The translations under genes and the position numbers were made by a program. A stretch of 64,000 nt of DNA from Alphaproteobacteria bacterium (GTDB taxonomy: Bacteria > Pseudomonadota > Alphaproteobacteria > RF32 > CAG-239): contig JAFUSH010000052.1 in assembly GCA_017471705.1 (NCBI GenBank), positions 14,869 to 78,868 of the forward strand. The letters run 5' to 3'. Below the pieces are notes generated by a model that searched no databases, was not told the DNA's origin, and saw only the letters and a list, made by a program, of their open reading frames with translations. Each line of letters starts with the position of its first letter. Within the stretch, counting starts at the first letter, position 1. This document shows, in pieces, positions 1 to 7,391 of this stretch.

Positions 1-40
1 TTCTTAAATCGGCCTATATTCTTAAATGTTAATTCATATA

Positions 41-262
41 TCATTGCGGCCGGCCTTTCTCTTCATCACTTATACTCATCATCAAAAGTGGCAGGTTTTT
101 GTAGATGTTGTTAAGAATGCTTTGAATTGCTTGCCGGATCTCTTTCGGTGTGGTTGCGTTAATTTCGCCGTGTTGATGAATACCGACGCCGTTTTGATTG
201 TGTATATCTTCGGCGACAAATTCAAGTATATAGCGGCCATAAACTTTTTGTTCTTTAGACAT
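41..262 (-). CDS. hypothetical early protein (73 aa)
   Basis: ORF in a tightly packed co-directional leftward operon whose ends overlap its neighbours. No motif recognised. Confidence 0.5.
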   Translation of the reverse strand: MSKEQKVYGRYILEFVAEDIHNQNGVGIHQHGEINATTPKEIRQAIQSILNNIYKNLPLLMMSISDEEKGRPQ

Positions 263-437
263 TTTCTTTCTCCTTAATGTATTTACCGGCGCAGCGGTGG
301 TATTGTGATCTTTTGACTTTTATGACGTCTATTTGCCATTTGGCGCAAAAGTGATACCAGTGACGCTGCGCATATTTGTTTGGCCAGTTTTCTAAATACT
401 GGCAATATTTACAATTTTGGCACATGGTGACTTTCAT
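255..437 (-). CDS. small Cys-rich (zinc-binding-like) protein (60 aa)
   Basis: CQNCKYC...C...C pattern. Overlapping start/stop with both neighbours suggests translational coupling. Confidence 0.45.
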   Translation of the reverse strand: MKVTMCQNCKYCQYLENWPNKYAQRHWYHFCAKWQIDVIKVKRSQYHRCAGKYIKEKENV

Positions 438-799
438 TTTTTAGCTTTCGTATATGGACAAGTTAAATATGGGTGATCACTTTGGCCAAAGAGGCGGCAA
501 ACTTCCGGCCTCTTGTTATAGATTTTACATGAACAAATACCGACAGCATTGCGCTCCAAGAACGGACAAACAAGACTTTCAACAGTAGCCTTAAGTTTAT
601 CGTCCGGCATTTGTGGGTTTATGCTTTCCATTTTGCGCAGCAGGCTCTTTGGATAAAAGACAAGCTGATCATTAAGCGTGGCTTTTACAAAAGATACATG
701 CAGCTCTTTAGCCTCGCGCTTGATCGCGCGGTATTCTTTAGCCGTGAACGGCACAAAGCCGCAGCAGCGGCCGCAGCGGTGGCAGATAAAATCAGACAT
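434..799 (-). CDS. YkgJ-family CxxCxxCC cysteine-cluster protein (UPF0153-like)
   Basis: N-terminal CHRCGRCC plus C-terminal CPF...CSCKIY...RPEVCRLF motif layout, typical of PF03692. Confidence 0.7.
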   Translation of the reverse strand: MSDFICHRCGRCCGFVPFTAKEYRAIKREAKELHVSFVKATLNDQLVFYPKSLLRKMESINPQMPDDKLKATVESLVCPFLERNAVGICSCKIYNKRPEVCRLFGQSDHPYLTCPYTKAKK

Positions 800-1208
800 T
801 TAATTTCTCCTGTAATTTAGCTAAAGCCTTTTCATTATGAAACTGCTCTAATTTGGCCAATGCTTTTTCTATACGGATTTGCGGCTCAATGTTTTTTGCT
901 GATAATATGCTGCGCATACAATATCTAAATATTTCTATTTCTTCCTGTAGTGCTGCAGATGATACAAAATTGAGTAGTGCTGTATCTTTGCGTTTAGCCG
1001 GTGTTTTAATGACTTCAATGGCGCGTGTTTTGCCTTTGAGCCTGCGAATATAACCGCGATCTTCAAGTGCCGTTAAAAGAGTATGAATACCGGATTTTGA
1101 TTTTAAACCAAGCGCAGTGCGCATATCATCATAAGACGGTGCAATGCCGGTGCGTTGTATATACTGACGGATATATGCAAACAGTTTGTTTTGGGTTTTA
1201 GTCATCAT
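792..1208 (-). CDS. LexA N-terminal DNA-binding-domain protein lacking the S24 peptidase domain
   Basis: MMTKTQNKLFAYIRQYIQRTGIAPSYDDMRTALGLKSKSGIHTLLTALEDRGYIRRL matches the LexA winged-helix pattern. The C-terminus is a helical repeat (EKALAKL x2). GGAGG lies 5 nt before ATGATG. Internal start chosen over the ORF-track start at 1235. Confidence 0.65.
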   Translation of the reverse strand: MMTKTQNKLFAYIRQYIQRTGIAPSYDDMRTALGLKSKSGIHTLLTALEDRGYIRRLKGKTRAIEVIKTPAKRKDTALLNFVSSAALQEEIEIFRYCMRSILSAKNIEPQIRIEKALAKLEQFHNEKALAKLQEKLNV

Positions 1209-1569
1209 CGGCCTCCGTTTGCAGCACTTTTTCACAATCTCTTAGGATCTGCTTTGTTGTGTCGTCAAGTTCGTCAACACTGCTTGAGAGGTCTTGCACT
1301 TCATAGCGTAGCGTTTCAAGGCGATCAACAATGTCGTTAATATCGTGTTGCCGGCGTGAAAGTGGTAGAGGCAACAGTGCGCGCATATCAGGATCGGTGC
1401 ATATTTCATAAAAAATCTCATCATCTTTTGCGTTAATTTCAGCAATACGCTGCTTGACTGTTTCCTCCGGCTGTGCAACCCATTCATAACGCTCGGCCGC
1501 TCTCGTTTGTTTGTTGCGGCGTATGGCCAAAATCATATCTTCTTTATTGCTGTTTAATATTGTCGCCAT
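1198..1569 (-). CDS. hypothetical acidic protein (123 aa)
   Basis: ORF in the operon. Its stop overlaps the start of the LexA-like gene. Confidence 0.5.
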   Translation of the reverse strand: MATILNSNKEDMILAIRRNKQTRAAERYEWVAQPEETVKQRIAEINAKDDEIFYEICTDPDMRALLPLPLSRRQHDINDIVDRLETLRYEVQDLSSSVDELDDTTKQILRDCEKVLQTEADDD

Positions 1570-1741
1570 TTGTTTTCTCCTTTGTTTTGATTTGTCTGGC
1601 TATGCAGTAGGCGGTAAAAAGTTTAAGCACGCGCTGGCGGCTTTCCACATTACGAAACTCTTGAGAACGTGTGCCACGTGTCCAGTCTTGCAGTGCGCGG
1701 TGGGTGAGTTCTAAAATTTCAGTCTTGTTTAGTTTGGCCAT
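1544..1741 (-). CDS. hypothetical protein (65 aa, MAKLNKTEILEL...)
   Basis: Internal ATG at 1741 preceded by GGAGG. The longer ORF-track version overlaps the upstream gene extensively. Confidence 0.45.
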   Translation of the reverse strand: MAKLNKTEILELTHRALQDWTRGTRSQEFRNVESRQRVLKLFTAYCIARQIKTKEKTNGDNIKQQ

Positions 1742-2000
1742 AATTAGTGTCCTCCATAAAATTATCACGCAGCCAATTCTGCAGATAGGTGATTTTATCT
1801 TGATCCCAAGTATTAGCGCGCAGGCGTTCAAGATCGTGAATAACTGGATTGATAGCCGCACGTGCGCTGTGTCTTTCAATTCTTGCACCATCACACGCTC
1901 CGATCCGGTGCGCATTATGCACTAAAACATGAAGAGTGCCGACGGTTGTTAAAACTGGTCGATGGTTTTTAAGCCAGTGAATGAGTTTATTTTTTATCAT
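1719..2000 (-). CDS. hypothetical protein (93 aa)
   Basis: ORF in operon context. Confidence 0.5.
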   Translation of the reverse strand: MIKNKLIHWLKNHRPVLTTVGTLHVLVHNAHRIGACDGARIERHSARAAINPVIHDLERLRANTWDQDKITYLQNWLRDNFMEDTNYGQTKQD

Positions 2001-2085
2001 AATGGTTCTCCATAAATTTTGTTAAGGCAAACGCGCCGATAATAATAGCCACGCCTGCAACAATAATGATTGTGTTAATTGACAA
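1987..2085 (-). CDS. possible 32-aa single-pass membrane peptide (TTG start)
   Basis: AAGGGAG lies 8 nt upstream of TTG. The product (M)SINTIIIVAGVAIIIGAFALTKFMENHYDKK is hydrophobic. It fills the only gap in the operon. Not in the ORF track (under 60 aa). Confidence 0.25.
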   Translation of the reverse strand: MSINTIIIVAGVAIIIGAFALTKFMENHYDKK

Positions 2086-2090
2086 TGATT

Positions 2091-2550
2091 TTACTCCCTT
2101 GCTGTGATGTCTTTTTTGAAATAAATGATGACAGTGCCGGAATTATTACCTTTGGCCGCTCTACCGGTAGCCGGATCCACAAAGCTAACTCTGCCGGATA
2201 AAATCTCGTAAAAGAATTTTTTGTAAATGTATTGATGGAAAGCGCGGCAGTCTGTGCAATTTGAGGGCAATACCATGACGACAATGGCACAATCGCCGTT
2301 GATGACTTCATCATAAGCTTTGGCGATAAAAGCGGCTTTTTGGCTGAATGGTGGATTACAAAAGACACGTTCCCCCCCCCCATGAGGTTTGCAGGGCGTT
2401 AATACCCTGATCAAAATACAAGCCGCGTGGTGCTTTGCAGTTGGCGGTGGTGCAAGCAGCGTCAAGTGTGAAATTAAAAACACGATCAAGCTGCCGATAA
2501 AGAAAATCCGGTGTTTCAAAGCCGTCGTTACCTTTAACATTCATCTTCAT
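2091..2550 (-). pseudogene. Dam-family DNA N6-adenine methyltransferase interrupted by a poly-G(10) frameshift (OFF state)
   Basis: N-terminal half is MKMNVKGNDGFETPDFLYRQLDRVFNFTLDAAC...SWGGG. The catalytic half ERVFCNPPFSQKAAFIAKAYDE... lies in another frame. The two are joined at the C run 2372-2381. With 10 G the N-terminal frame reads TCLL-stop. Confidence 0.8.
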
Positions 2551-2726
2551 TTTTTCTGTCCTTTAATGGGTTTAAGATCCTTTAAGAGTTCACGTGCAGC
2601 GATTTTTACGCGCGCAAGCTCGCTAAAAGGGTTGCTATAGCTTTCAGTGGCCAGATCTGCAACACGCTCGATAACTTTCGGATCAACAGCAATTTTGCGT
2701 TTGAATGGGTTAAGCTCTAGTTTCAT
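2547..2726 (-). CDS. hypothetical protein (59 aa, MKLELNPFKRK...)
   Basis: Internal ATG at 2726 lies just after the dUTPase stop and has an upstream AGGA-type RBS. The longer ORF-track form overlaps dut. Confidence 0.45.
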   Translation of the reverse strand: MKLELNPFKRKIAVDPKVIERVADLATESYSNPFSELARVKIAARELLKDLKPIKGQKK

Positions 2727-2728
2727 AC

Positions 2729-3175
2729 TTAATCCTTTCCGGTGCTGCCAAACCCTCGCGTGCCGCGCTCGGTGGGTGTGAGTTCTTTGGCTGTGACGAC
2801 TATCGGTTTGAAAATCGGGCAAACAACAAGCTGCGCAATGCGCTCGTTCGGCTCGATGGTTACCGGTGAGCTACTAAAATTAAACAGTGTGATTTGAATT
2901 TCACCACGATAAGAGGCGTCTATTGTGCCGAATTGGGCAACAATACCCTTAACAGTGTGGCCGGAGCGTGGTCTGACTTGCAGCTCATATTCAAGCGGAG
3001 CAAGCCGCTGCGCTGTGTCGATTTCAACAGCAATGCCGGTGCCGACAGTTGCGCGGCCATGCGGATCTATAACAAGAGGATCTTTGATTGCAGCACGCAG
3101 ATCGTAGCCGCTGTCGCCGGCGCGTGTGTGCAGTTCTTCTGTTTCAGGGAATAGATATTTAACTTTAAGCTGCAT
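2729..3175 (-). CDS. dut: dUTP diphosphatase (trimeric dUTPase)
   Basis: Motifs AGDSGYDLRA, RPRSGH, GTIDASYRGEI and the C-terminal ERGTRGFGSTG. Confidence 0.9.
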   Translation of the reverse strand: MQLKVKYLFPETEELHTRAGDSGYDLRAAIKDPLVIDPHGRATVGTGIAVEIDTAQRLAPLEYELQVRPRSGHTVKGIVAQFGTIDASYRGEIQITLFNFSSSPVTIEPNERIAQLVVCPIFKPIVVTAKELTPTERGTRGFGSTGKD

Positions 3176-3449
3176 TTTCTTTCTCCATAATTTTCATAAG
3201 TTGATGATAAGACGGCACTGGTGAAAGCACGGTGAGCGTGTTGAGGTTGGTGCCGATAAATACGCCGTCACCGGTGAATTTCGGTTGCGGTTTAGGTAAC
3301 CCTGCGGCCTCACGTTGTTTGATTTCTGCGGCGGTCGGATATGTCCATTTACAGATATGGTAAGCGCCACAATAAATGTGATACCACCCTGCTTTCAATT
3401 CGCCTGCGTGATAGGCCTTTGTGAGTTCGTTGCTATCAGGATTTTGCAT
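3165..3449 (-). CDS. hypothetical protein (94 aa)
   Basis: ATG at 3449 preceded by GGAGG. Overlaps the upstream gene end by 14 nt. Confidence 0.5.
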   Translation of the reverse strand: MQNPDSNELTKAYHAGELKAGWYHIYCGAYHICKWTYPTAAEIKQREAAGLPKPQPKFTGDGVFIGTNLNTLTVLSPVPSYHQLMKIMEKENAA

Positions 3450-3678
3450 GAACAGCCTCCAGTCTGGCAGCAAGCCATTTAATAAGATCTTCTTTGTTAT
3501 AAACAACTTTAGAGCCTATTTTGTGGCTATTTGGCACGCCGCACCCACGATAATCATAGGTTGCCATTGTTTTTGGAGTATATAAGCCGCCGGTATATTT
3601 AGCTATATCAGCGCGTGCAATAATTTCCGGCCAAGCAGCGCGGAAGTTAGCACAAATTTCTGCAATTTTTTTATCCAT
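3436..3678 (-). CDS. helix-turn-helix DNA-binding protein, excisionase/AlpA-like
   Basis: 80 aa. The pattern ...ARADIAKYTGGLYTPKTMATYDYRGCGVPNSHKIGSKVVYNKEDLIKWL resembles the excisionase-family HTH_17 layout. Confidence 0.45.
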   Translation of the reverse strand: MDKKIAEICANFRAAWPEIIARADIAKYTGGLYTPKTMATYDYRGCGVPNSHKIGSKVVYNKEDLIKWLAARLEAVHAKS

Positions 3679-3695
3679 TTGCTTTTATCCTTTCT

Positions 3696-3956
3696 TTATG
3701 AATGTGATGGAAGTTGAATGAAATATTTAACATCAAAAGAATTGCCATAATTGGCATAATAGACGTGGTCTATAGCCTGCCATTTATCGCCAAGCCATAA
3801 AGCTTGCTCTACACGGTAACGTGGTGTATTTTCGTTAAAACCATGCTTATTGATGTAATAAGGGTTAGGAATAAGCACCACATAATCAGCTTTTTGTGCT
3901 GCGGCGGTGTTTTCCGGTTTGTATTTTGGGTATGGTAGCCAATTATTCATAATCAA
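3696..3956 (-). CDS. hypothetical protein (86 aa)
   Basis: ORF in operon. Confidence 0.5.
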   Translation of the reverse strand: MIMNNWLPYPKYKPENTAAAQKADYVVLIPNPYYINKHGFNENTPRYRVEQALWLGDKWQAIDHVYYANYGNSFDVKYFIQLPSHS

Positions 3957-4272
3957 CTACCTCACCCATTTGAGCGCGTAGCTCGTTAATCTCTTGATCT
4001 AAAATTGCCGTGTTAGCATGAATTTGTTCAAGCAACGCCTCGCAGCGGTCAAAAGATTGATTATATTCATAGATATTGTAAAAAGTGAAAGCGGCGGCAA
4101 AAATGCCGATAACAAAACAAACCGCCGTGATAAAGCATTGTAAAATACCTTTTGCTGCGCGTCTTTCTCTTTCTTTATCTGCGATCAAACGCAACCGCTC
4201 AAAATGATCTATTGTCATTTGACCTTTTGGCGATGGTGAACAATCTTTATATTTGTTAAGTAAATCGGTCAT
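3943..4272 (-). CDS. membrane-anchored coiled-coil protein (109 aa)
   Basis: Central hydrophobic segment ILQCFITAVCFVIGIFAAAFTF followed by a heptad-like C-terminus. Confidence 0.5.
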   Translation of the reverse strand: MTDLLNKYKDCSPSPKGQMTIDHFERLRLIADKERERRAAKGILQCFITAVCFVIGIFAAAFTFYNIYEYNQSFDRCEALLEQIHANTAILDQEINELRAQMGEVVDYE

Positions 4273-4275
4273 AGT

Positions 4276-4563
4276 TTAAGCCTCCAAAGAGTAGTTAAGA
4301 CGGATATGATTGACACCATAAGTGTCGGTAAAAGTTGAAAATGTGAGATTGTATTTTTGAACAAGTGAGGCAAAGGCCGGTGTGTCAATTACTCTGGCTT
4401 TGATTTCTTCCGGTTTCCAGTTGTCGCAGTTGAGTGTAGCAGTGTTGTTCTTTATTTGCCGCTCTGTCATCATTGCCTTTGGTGTTGCATAATAACCACC
4501 GGCCGTGCGAATGCCTTTTGCAAGCTTTTGCAGATCTTTTTTAAGTTGGGTTGTATTAAGCAT
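4276..4563 (-). CDS. hypothetical protein (95 aa), first gene of the leftward early operon
   Basis: AAGGAG RBS. Lies immediately downstream of the operator-bearing promoter. Confidence 0.55.
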   Translation of the reverse strand: MLNTTQLKKDLQKLAKGIRTAGGYYATPKAMMTERQIKNNTATLNCDNWKPEEIKARVIDTPAFASLVQKYNLTFSTFTDTYGVNHIRLNYSLEA

Positions 4564-4604
4564 TTATTTTCTCCTTAAATTTAGATTTAACACGATTTAA
4601 GGAT

Positions 4605-4659
4605 AAAATATGCCAATTTGGCACAAATGTCAATATAAAAATATGCCAATTAAGCATAT
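4605..4659 (-). promoter_or_regulatory. Leftward early promoter with operator palindrome in the spacer, plus an upstream operator-like site
   Basis: On the minus strand: TTGACA (4633-4628), then a 17-nt spacer containing TGCCAAATTGGCA (4611-4623), then TATTTT (4610-4605). A second imperfect palindrome, ATATGCCAATTAAGCATAT, lies at 4641-4659. Confidence 0.6.
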
Positions 4660-4664
4660 TTTTA

Positions 4665-4708
4665 TTCACAACAAGAGAAAAGCCTGAAAAATAAAGGCTT
4701 TCAGGCTT
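4665..4708 (-). terminator. Intrinsic terminator ending the repressor/membrane-protein transcript
   Basis: 10-bp stem AAGCCTGAAA/TTTCAGGCTT (4680-4689 / 4699-4708) followed on the minus strand by TTTCTCTTGTT. Confidence 0.7.
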
Positions 4709-4744
4709 GTGAAAAAATTTAGATTTACTTTAATTTAACGTGAT

Positions 4745-5104
4745 TTACTTTGCTATATAAGGTCTATTCATGGCTACATAAATTATAAATATCGGTATAT
4801 TAACGTAAAAAAATGCAGATGTCGGTATATACCAAAATAAATATATACCGGCGCTGATCATATATATATAATAAACCAAAAAGCCTCCCTCCGGCGCTGA
4901 ATATAGTGTAATATAATGCCGGCCATACTTTCCGGGGGCAATTAAACCTATGTGTAAAAAGAAGTATATGCCGATAATGTATCTGGCAAAACTTTTCATA
5001 TTGCTGTCGTATGCGCCGCCTGAATGTTCCGGCAGTATATAATATGCAATAATAAGCGCAAATAAAAACAAGATCTTTGCTATGTTATACCAAGATATTT
5101 TCAT
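4745..5104 (-). CDS. polytopic inner-membrane protein co-transcribed with the repressor (superinfection-exclusion candidate)
   Basis: 119 aa, about 4 hydrophobic helices. Starts 4 nt after the repressor stop. Confidence 0.6.
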   Translation of the reverse strand: MKISWYNIAKILFLFALIIAYYILPEHSGGAYDSNMKSFARYIIGIYFFLHIGLIAPGKYGRHYITLYSAPEGGFLVYYIYMISAGIYLFWYIPTSAFFYVNIPIFIIYVAMNRPYIAK

Positions 5105-5107
5105 GCA

Positions 5108-5464
5108 CTATCTTTCATTTGATTTTTGCGGTGGCGTGAGCGGTTGGCCAGAATGTTCAGAACTGTCTGTTTGTGTTGATATATTCTGATTATTTCCGCT
5201 TTGCGGTGTGGTTGTTTTACGGATCATGCGTAAAATTTCGCGCTCTTCCGGTGTAATTTCTTCCGGCTGCCATTCTTTTGGTAGTAGCTCGTATGGCTTG
5301 ACATCAAGCGCAGCGGCGATTGCCGGTATATACTCCATATCAAGGCCGCGCTCCCCTTTTTCTATGCGGCCAAGATTTGTATAAGACATACCGATTTTCT
5401 CCGCAAGCTGCTGCTGCGTTAATTTTCGCGCTTGTCTTAATTCTTTTATTCGGTTTGTCTGCAT
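5108..5464 (-). CDS. CI-like XRE-family repressor (no S24 peptidase domain)
   Basis: HTH IKELRQARKLTQQQLAEKIGMSYTNLGRIEKGERGL. Divergent from a Cro-like gene. Operators lie in the intergenic region. Confidence 0.8.
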   Translation of the reverse strand: MQTNRIKELRQARKLTQQQLAEKIGMSYTNLGRIEKGERGLDMEYIPAIAAALDVKPYELLPKEWQPEEITPEEREILRMIRKTTTPQSGNNQNISTQTDSSEHSGQPLTPPQKSNER

Positions 5465-5480
5465 TTTAAATCTCCTTATC

Positions 5481-5516
5481 TGGCATAATTATATGCCAAA
5501 AAGGATTATTTTTCAA
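5481..5516 (-). promoter_or_regulatory. Repressor (maintenance) promoter overlapped by an operator palindrome
   Basis: On the minus strand: TTGAAA (5516-5511), N17, TATAAT (5493-5488). The palindrome TGGCATAATTATATGCCA (5481-5498) covers the -10. AAGGAG RBS lies 7 nt before the ATG at 5464. Confidence 0.65.
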
Positions 5517-5567
5517 GAGGTTTAAATAATAAAAATAAAAAATGTGTCAAAAAAGCATATTTTAATA

Positions 5568-5597
5568 TTGACACATTGTGCCAATTTGGCATATAAG
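5568..5597 (+). promoter_or_regulatory. Rightward early promoter (PR-like) with operator in the spacer
   Basis: TTGACA (5568-5573), a spacer containing the perfect palindrome TGCCAATTTGGCA (5579-5591), then TATAAG (5592-5597). AATGTGTCAA (5541-5550) is the inverted partner of TTGACACATT (5568-5577). Confidence 0.65.
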
Positions 5598-5620
5598 GGT
5601 TTTCAGGAGGTAAAACCGCA

Positions 5621-5848
5621 ATGATAAAACTTCAAGAATACTTAGACAATAATAAAAAGACGGTAGCCGATCTGGCTCGCGCAATCAATGTGCCGCATTG
5701 TGTGGCTTTGCGGTGGGCAAACGGTGCGCGCATACCGTCAAGAGAGAATATGCAAAAAATCTTTGCATACACGGACGGCCAAGTTGAGCCGAACGATTTT
5801 TATAATATTAACACAGAAGAAGAAAAGGAGCTTAACAGTGTCAACTGA
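5621..5848 (+). CDS. Cro-like HTH regulator (75 aa)
   Basis: HTH TVADLARAINVPHCVALRWANGARIPS. GGAGG RBS. Divergent from the repressor. Confidence 0.7.
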   Translation: MIKLQEYLDNNKKTVADLARAINVPHCVALRWANGARIPSRENMQKIFAYTDGQVEPNDFYNINTEEEKELNSVN

Positions 5849-6125
5849 TAACATTATCAAATACACGCCGGAAGATGTTCAGCGCATTATGGCCGAACGC
5901 GTTAGGGTTAATTACAGATCTGCAACGTTTAAGGCCGGTATGATTGCCGAATATTGCTTTGAATATCCGAACGGCAAAATCCACGCCGATGTTGTGTGTG
6001 CTTTTCCGGTTGATCCGGCAAACGCAGATTATGACAACGGCGTGATTGTTTGTAACAAAAAGATTGAGGCGCAAATTTGGCCTTTAATCGGACAATATTC
6101 ACTTATTACAGGAGAAAAATTGTGA
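5838..6125 (+). CDS. hypothetical protein (95 aa, GTG start)
   Basis: AAGGAG lies 7 nt before the GTG at 5838. The upstream part of ORF 5688-6125 overlaps cro out of frame. Confidence 0.5.
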   Translation: MSTDNIIKYTPEDVQRIMAERVRVNYRSATFKAGMIAEYCFEYPNGKIHADVVCAFPVDPANADYDNGVIVCNKKIEAQIWPLIGQYSLITGEKL

Positions 6126-6505
6126 GTAACGATATTAAAGATTTCAGCCGAATGATCGGCGAATTAGAGGACGGCCAATTCAATGCCGACTGCTCGCAGC
6201 AGTTTGAAAAGGCATTGCAGGCCGTTAAAGAACGTTGTGAGATTGACGGTGCAAAGTCGGCCACGGCCACAATAGCCGTCAATTTGAAAATCAGTTTTGT
6301 GAGCGGTAATATTGAGGTGAACGCCGATGTTTCAAGCAAGCTGCCGGCTAAACCACGCAACCGCTCAATCTTCTGGCTTTCAGAGGACGGCAAAGGGATT
6401 TGCCGCGAAAATCCTAAACAGCCGCGGTTGCCGTTTGATGTTATTGCCGGCAAGCGTGAAGTAGTCAACTATGATAACGAAAGGAAAGATATACATGGAG
6501 AATAA
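6122..6505 (+). CDS. hypothetical protein (127 aa, GTG start)
   Basis: AGGAGA RBS before the GTG at 6122, which overlaps the preceding stop. Confidence 0.5.
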   Translation: MSNDIKDFSRMIGELEDGQFNADCSQQFEKALQAVKERCEIDGAKSATATIAVNLKISFVSGNIEVNADVSSKLPAKPRNRSIFWLSEDGKGICRENPKQPRLPFDVIAGKREVVNYDNERKDIHGE

Positions 6506-7382
6506 TGAAAACACCGTTGTTGCGGTTAAGGATATTGTTGAAAAATATTTTGATCCGCGTGTTGTGCCGGTTGAGGGCACTAAAGGCTTGCTTATTGCAC
6601 CGGGTGGCATGAGTGTTGCTCATGTTAAGCGGTTTATTGATGATGAACGCACTACACCGGAAACATTAAAAGGCAGCACAACATTGCATAATTGCCAGAG
6701 CTTTATTGACTTTGTTAATCGCTACAAAGATGATACTTCGGCTATTTTTTATAATCAAGATAAGCAAAAAGTTACCTGCATATTTGATTGTGCGACAAAA
6801 AATAATACAAGTTTTGAGCAGCACAAAGCTGATTATGCTTTCCCTTTCAGTGATGAGCTGAAAGAATGGAAAGAGCATAACGGTGATGTTATGACACAAA
6901 TTGACTTTGCTTTTTTCATTGAAAAAAATGTTTTAGATTTGGCCGATCCGGACAAGACGGCTGAAAGTGAGGCCTTAAAAGAGATTAGACTGCGCATTGG
7001 TGGCCATTTTGCTGCCGTTAGCAAAATGGTGGAACTCTCCAGAGGCATTTCAATCCATAGTGATGAACGCGCTACGGTTAAATATGATCCGAATACCGGT
7101 GAAAGCACTGTTGATTTTTCAAGTGAGCATACCGACGCTACCGGTGAAAAGGTGAAAGTGCCGAATATGTTTTTGATCGTGATCCCTATCCTTAAAGGTG
7201 GTAAATCATATCAGCTGCCATGTCGGCTGCGCCACCGCTTAAAGAATGGGCAGATTATATGGTGGTATGAAGTTATTGATCTTGATAAAGCCATCGCTGC
7301 TGCGATTGACGAAGAATTGAACAAGATTAAAGAAGATATTGCTTTGCCGGTGTTCTATGGAGATTTGCCGTCGGGCAGATAG
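6495..7382 (+). CDS. DUF2303/YfdQ-family prophage early protein
   Basis: 295 aa from MENNEN. The pattern ...LKGSTTLHNCQSFIDFVNRYKDDTSAIFYN... resembles the YfdQ family (recalled from memory, not searched). Confidence 0.5.
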   Translation: MENNENTVVAVKDIVEKYFDPRVVPVEGTKGLLIAPGGMSVAHVKRFIDDERTTPETLKGSTTLHNCQSFIDFVNRYKDDTSAIFYNQDKQKVTCIFDCATKNNTSFEQHKADYAFPFSDELKEWKEHNGDVMTQIDFAFFIEKNVLDLADPDKTAESEALKEIRLRIGGHFAAVSKMVELSRGISIHSDERATVKYDPNTGESTVDFSSEHTDATGEKVKVPNMFLIVIPILKGGKSYQLPCRLRHRLKNGQIIWWYEVIDLDKAIAAAIDEELNKIKEDIALPVFYGDLPSGR

Positions 7383-7391
7383 TATGATTAA

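Noticed and set aside
611-2000. Plus-strand ORFs antisense to the leftward operon (611-820, 853-1053, 1155-1340, 1511-1714, 1671-1925) and the nested minus ORF 1242-1487.
   Set aside because: They are embedded in better-supported minus-strand genes, have no RBS and have low-complexity translations.
2075-2383. The ORF-track entries 2075-2383 (102 aa), 2356-2550 (64 aa) and 44205-44681 (158 aa), considered as independent genes.
   Set aside because: They are frame fragments of a single Dam-family gene broken at the poly-G tract. The C-terminal parts of the 102-aa and 158-aa ORFs are out-of-frame nonsense.
5688-6125. The long form (145 aa) of the gene after cro, starting inside cro.
   Set aside because: The N-terminal 50 codons overlap cro out of frame and look non-protein-like (CRIVWLCGGQ...). 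A GTG with an AAGGAG RBS at 5838 gives a coherent 95-aa product.
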